A stretch of DNA of 64,000 nt from Phycisphaerales bacterium. Its GTDB lineage: Bacteria > Planctomycetota > Phycisphaerae > UBA1845. Location of the stretch: assembly GCA_020344555.1 (NCBI GenBank), contig CP070827.1, positions 4,191,419 to 4,255,418 of the forward strand, written 5' to 3'. A program made the translations under genes and the position numbers. This document shows positions 62,038 to 64,000 of this stretch, piece by piece. The notes below the pieces were generated by a model. It was not told the origin of the DNA, did not search any database, and worked only from the letters and a program-made list of their open reading frames with translations. Position 1 is the stretch's first letter; each line of letters begins with the position of its first letter.

Positions 62038-64000
62038 GCCGAAAGATAATGTCATTTCTTGGCACGCTGGCTGTGCTTGTGCCCGTTGGCGCAGCGAGCG
62101 GGCAGCCGCACCAGATGGGCACGGCCTTTAGCTACCAGGGCCAGCTTGAAGATGGAGGCAGCCCGGCGAACGGGCTGTACGATTTCGAGTTCAAGCTGTG
62201 CGACGACCCGGTGGCCGCCTGTACCCTGGCAACCACCACCGTGGAGGACGAGCAAGTCGACGAAGGGTTGTTCGCCGTCGAAATCGACTTCGGCGCCGAC
62301 GTCTTCAACGGCCAGGGCCGCTGGCTGGAGATGGGCGTGCGTCCCGGGGCCAGCACCGGTGCCTACACGCCTCTGACTCCGCGTCAGAAGGTGATACCGA
62401 CGCCACACGCCCTGGCCCTGCCCGGACTCTGGACACAGCAGAATGTCACGAGCCCCAACCTGATCGGCGGCTACGCTGACAACCAGGTGACGGGCGGTGT
62501 CTTTGGGGCGGCGATCGGCGGTGGCGGCTCCGTTGGGGAGGTAAACCGCGTAACCCAGAATTTCGGTACGGTCGGTGGAGGCCAGGACAACAGTGCCAAC
62601 GGCGCGTGGTCTACCGTTGGTGGAGGTCGTAATAACACCGCCAGCATGAGTGATTGCACCGTCGGCGGGGGGTTCAACAACAGCCCGAGCGGGTTCGCCG
62701 CCACTGTCGGCGGGGGCTCGTCCAACTCCCCGAGCGGAACTCACTCCACCGTCGGCGGAGGGTTCAGCAACAATCCGAGCGGGGGAATGTCCACCGTAGG
62801 CGGGGGAAGGTACAACAGCGCGAGCGGGGAGTACTCCACTGTTCCCGGTGGTTACGACAACGACGCCAACGGCGATTACAGCTTTGCCGCCGGGCGCCGG
62901 GCCAAGGTTCGCTCCGCCACTCAGGCGAGCGAAGATCCCGAAACTTGTGACCAGGACTGCGGCGACGAGGGCACGTTCGTCTGGGCCGACAGCACCGACG
63001 CCGATTTCACCTCCACGGGACCCAACCAGTTCCTCATCCGCGCTTCCGGGGGCGTGGGGATCGGGCACGATTCGCCGTCTGACGAGTTGGATGTGAGAAC
63101 ATCCTCCAAGACTCGGGCTATTTACGCCCAGAACACAAAAAGTACTGATGATAACGTGGGCATTATTGGCACGGCCGACGGGGATGGCGGTAACCAATCT
63201 GGGGTTGTTGGAAGCGCCTTTCTTAATACGACATCCCCGTATTTTGCGAAAGGGGTCATCGGCTATGCCGATGCCGACGACTCGGCGGGTTTGAGTGCCC
63301 TTGCTTACGGCGGTCAGTTCAGTGCTTACGCTGACGCCTATGCGTATGGGGTAATGGCCCATGCTCACACCGACACAATGATTGCGTACGGGGTATACGC
63401 AGGCGCCGACACCGACAACAGTAGTGGTACCGAGACGTACGGCATTCGTGCCGTGGCTTCTGGCGATGCGCCAACGAAATACGCCGGGTACTTCGTCGGA
63501 GATGTGACCGTAACCGGCACGTTGTCAAAGGGTGCCGGGTCGTTCAAGATCGACCATCCCCTCGACCCCGCGAACAAGTATCTCTATCACTCCTTCATCG
63601 AAAGCCCGGACATGATGAACGTGTACAACGGAAACGTTGTGCTCAATGATGCCGGTGAGGCCACGGTCGAGATGCCGGAGTGGTTCGAGGCTCTCAACCG
63701 CGACTTCCGCTATCAGCTCACCTGCATCGGTCGGTTCGCGCCGGTCTACATCGCTGAAGAGATTCACGATAACACGTTCAAGATCGCTGGAGGCCACCGC
63801 GGCATGAAGGTTTCCTGGCAAGTGACAGGAATACGTCAGGATGCCTTCGCTAACGCCCATCGCATTCCGGTAGAAGAGGTCAAGCCGGAGAGAGAGCGCG
63901 GGCTCTACCTGCACCCCAAAGTCTACGGGATGTCGAGAGAGCTGGGCGTGGACTACGAGCATGAGCACCAAGCAGAGCTGCGCAGAGAGGCGCAGCAGGT
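62034..64000 (+). CDS. Second fibre protein (3' end beyond window). It has the same N-terminal module and repeat type but a different C-terminal domain.
   Basis: ATG at 62034 overlaps the upstream TGA as ATGA. The frame is open to the window end (655 codons). The tail reads SFKIDHPLDPANKYLYHSFIESPDMMNVYNGN...KVSWQVTGIRQD. Confidence 0.85.
   Translation, partial: MSRKIMSFLGTLAVLVPVGAASGQPHQMGTAFSYQGQLEDGGSPANGLYDFEFKLCDDPVAACTLATTTVEDEQVDEGLFAVEIDFGADVFNGQGRWLEMGVRPGASTGAYTPLTPRQKVIPTPHALALPGLWTQQNVTSPNLIGGYADNQVTGGVFGAAIGGGGSVGEVNRVTQNFGTVGGGQDNSANGAWSTVGGGRNNTASMSDCTVGGGFNNSPSGFAATVGGGSSNSPSGTHSTVGGGFSNNPSGGMSTVGGGRYNSASGEYSTVPGGYDNDANGDYSFAAGRRAKVRSATQASEDPETCDQDCGDEGTFVWADSTDADFTSTGPNQFLIRASGGVGIGHDSPSDELDVRTSSKTRAIYAQNTKSTDDNVGIIGTADGDGGNQSGVVGSAFLNTTSPYFAKGVIGYADADDSAGLSALAYGGQFSAYADAYAYGVMAHAHTDTMIAYGVYAGADTDNSSGTETYGIRAVASGDAPTKYAGYFVGDVTVTGTLSKGAGSFKIDHPLDPANKYLYHSFIESPDMMNVYNGNVVLNDAGEATVEMPEWFEALNRDFRYQLTCIGRFAPVYIAEEIHDNTFKIAGGHRGMKVSWQVTGIRQDAFANAHRIPVEEVKPERERGLYLHPKVYGMSRELGVDYEHEHQAELRREAQQ

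Noticed and set aside
59900-63000. CRISPR-like or non-coding tandem repeat array
   Set aside because: The periodic GGCGGGGGG-containing units are in frame. They encode the GG..N.A.G.YSTVGGG protein repeat, and there are no unique spacers.

Overview
High-GC bacterial window, probably Planctomycetota/Phycisphaerae-like (inferred from protein style only, not verified). The centre (15.4-50.5 kb) is one about 35-kb co-directional minus-strand block of translation and transcription genes. Its order is promoter, tRNA-Thr, tuf, rpmG, tRNA-Trp, secE, nusG, rplKAJL, rpoB, rpoC, rpsL, rpsG, fusA, the S10/spc/alpha operons and a HIT gene. Three things are unusual in this block: a GNAT gene sits between rpoB and rpoC, bioY sits between rpsL and rpsG, and rpmD, adk and infA are absent from their usual slots. 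The left flank (1-15.3 kb) holds two tandem paralogs of a giant secreted S8-protease/beta-helix protein. Each paralog is interrupted by a single in-frame TGA at the same codon of the protease domain, although TGA is a normal stop elsewhere in the window. The left flank also holds a decayed third paralog, a lower-GC islet of small genes, a B12-type radical SAM gene and an IS remnant. The right flank (50.3-64 kb) holds long unexplained non-coding spacers, an aldo/keto reductase, an orphan Wzz-like coiled-coil protein and an SGNH lipoprotein. It ends with a Cys/aromatic-rich secreted protein and two overlapping fibre genes, one with an S74 chaperone domain. The strongest lead is the conserved in-frame UGA, which may be a recoding site. 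No CRISPR array, rRNA or intact mobile element was seen.
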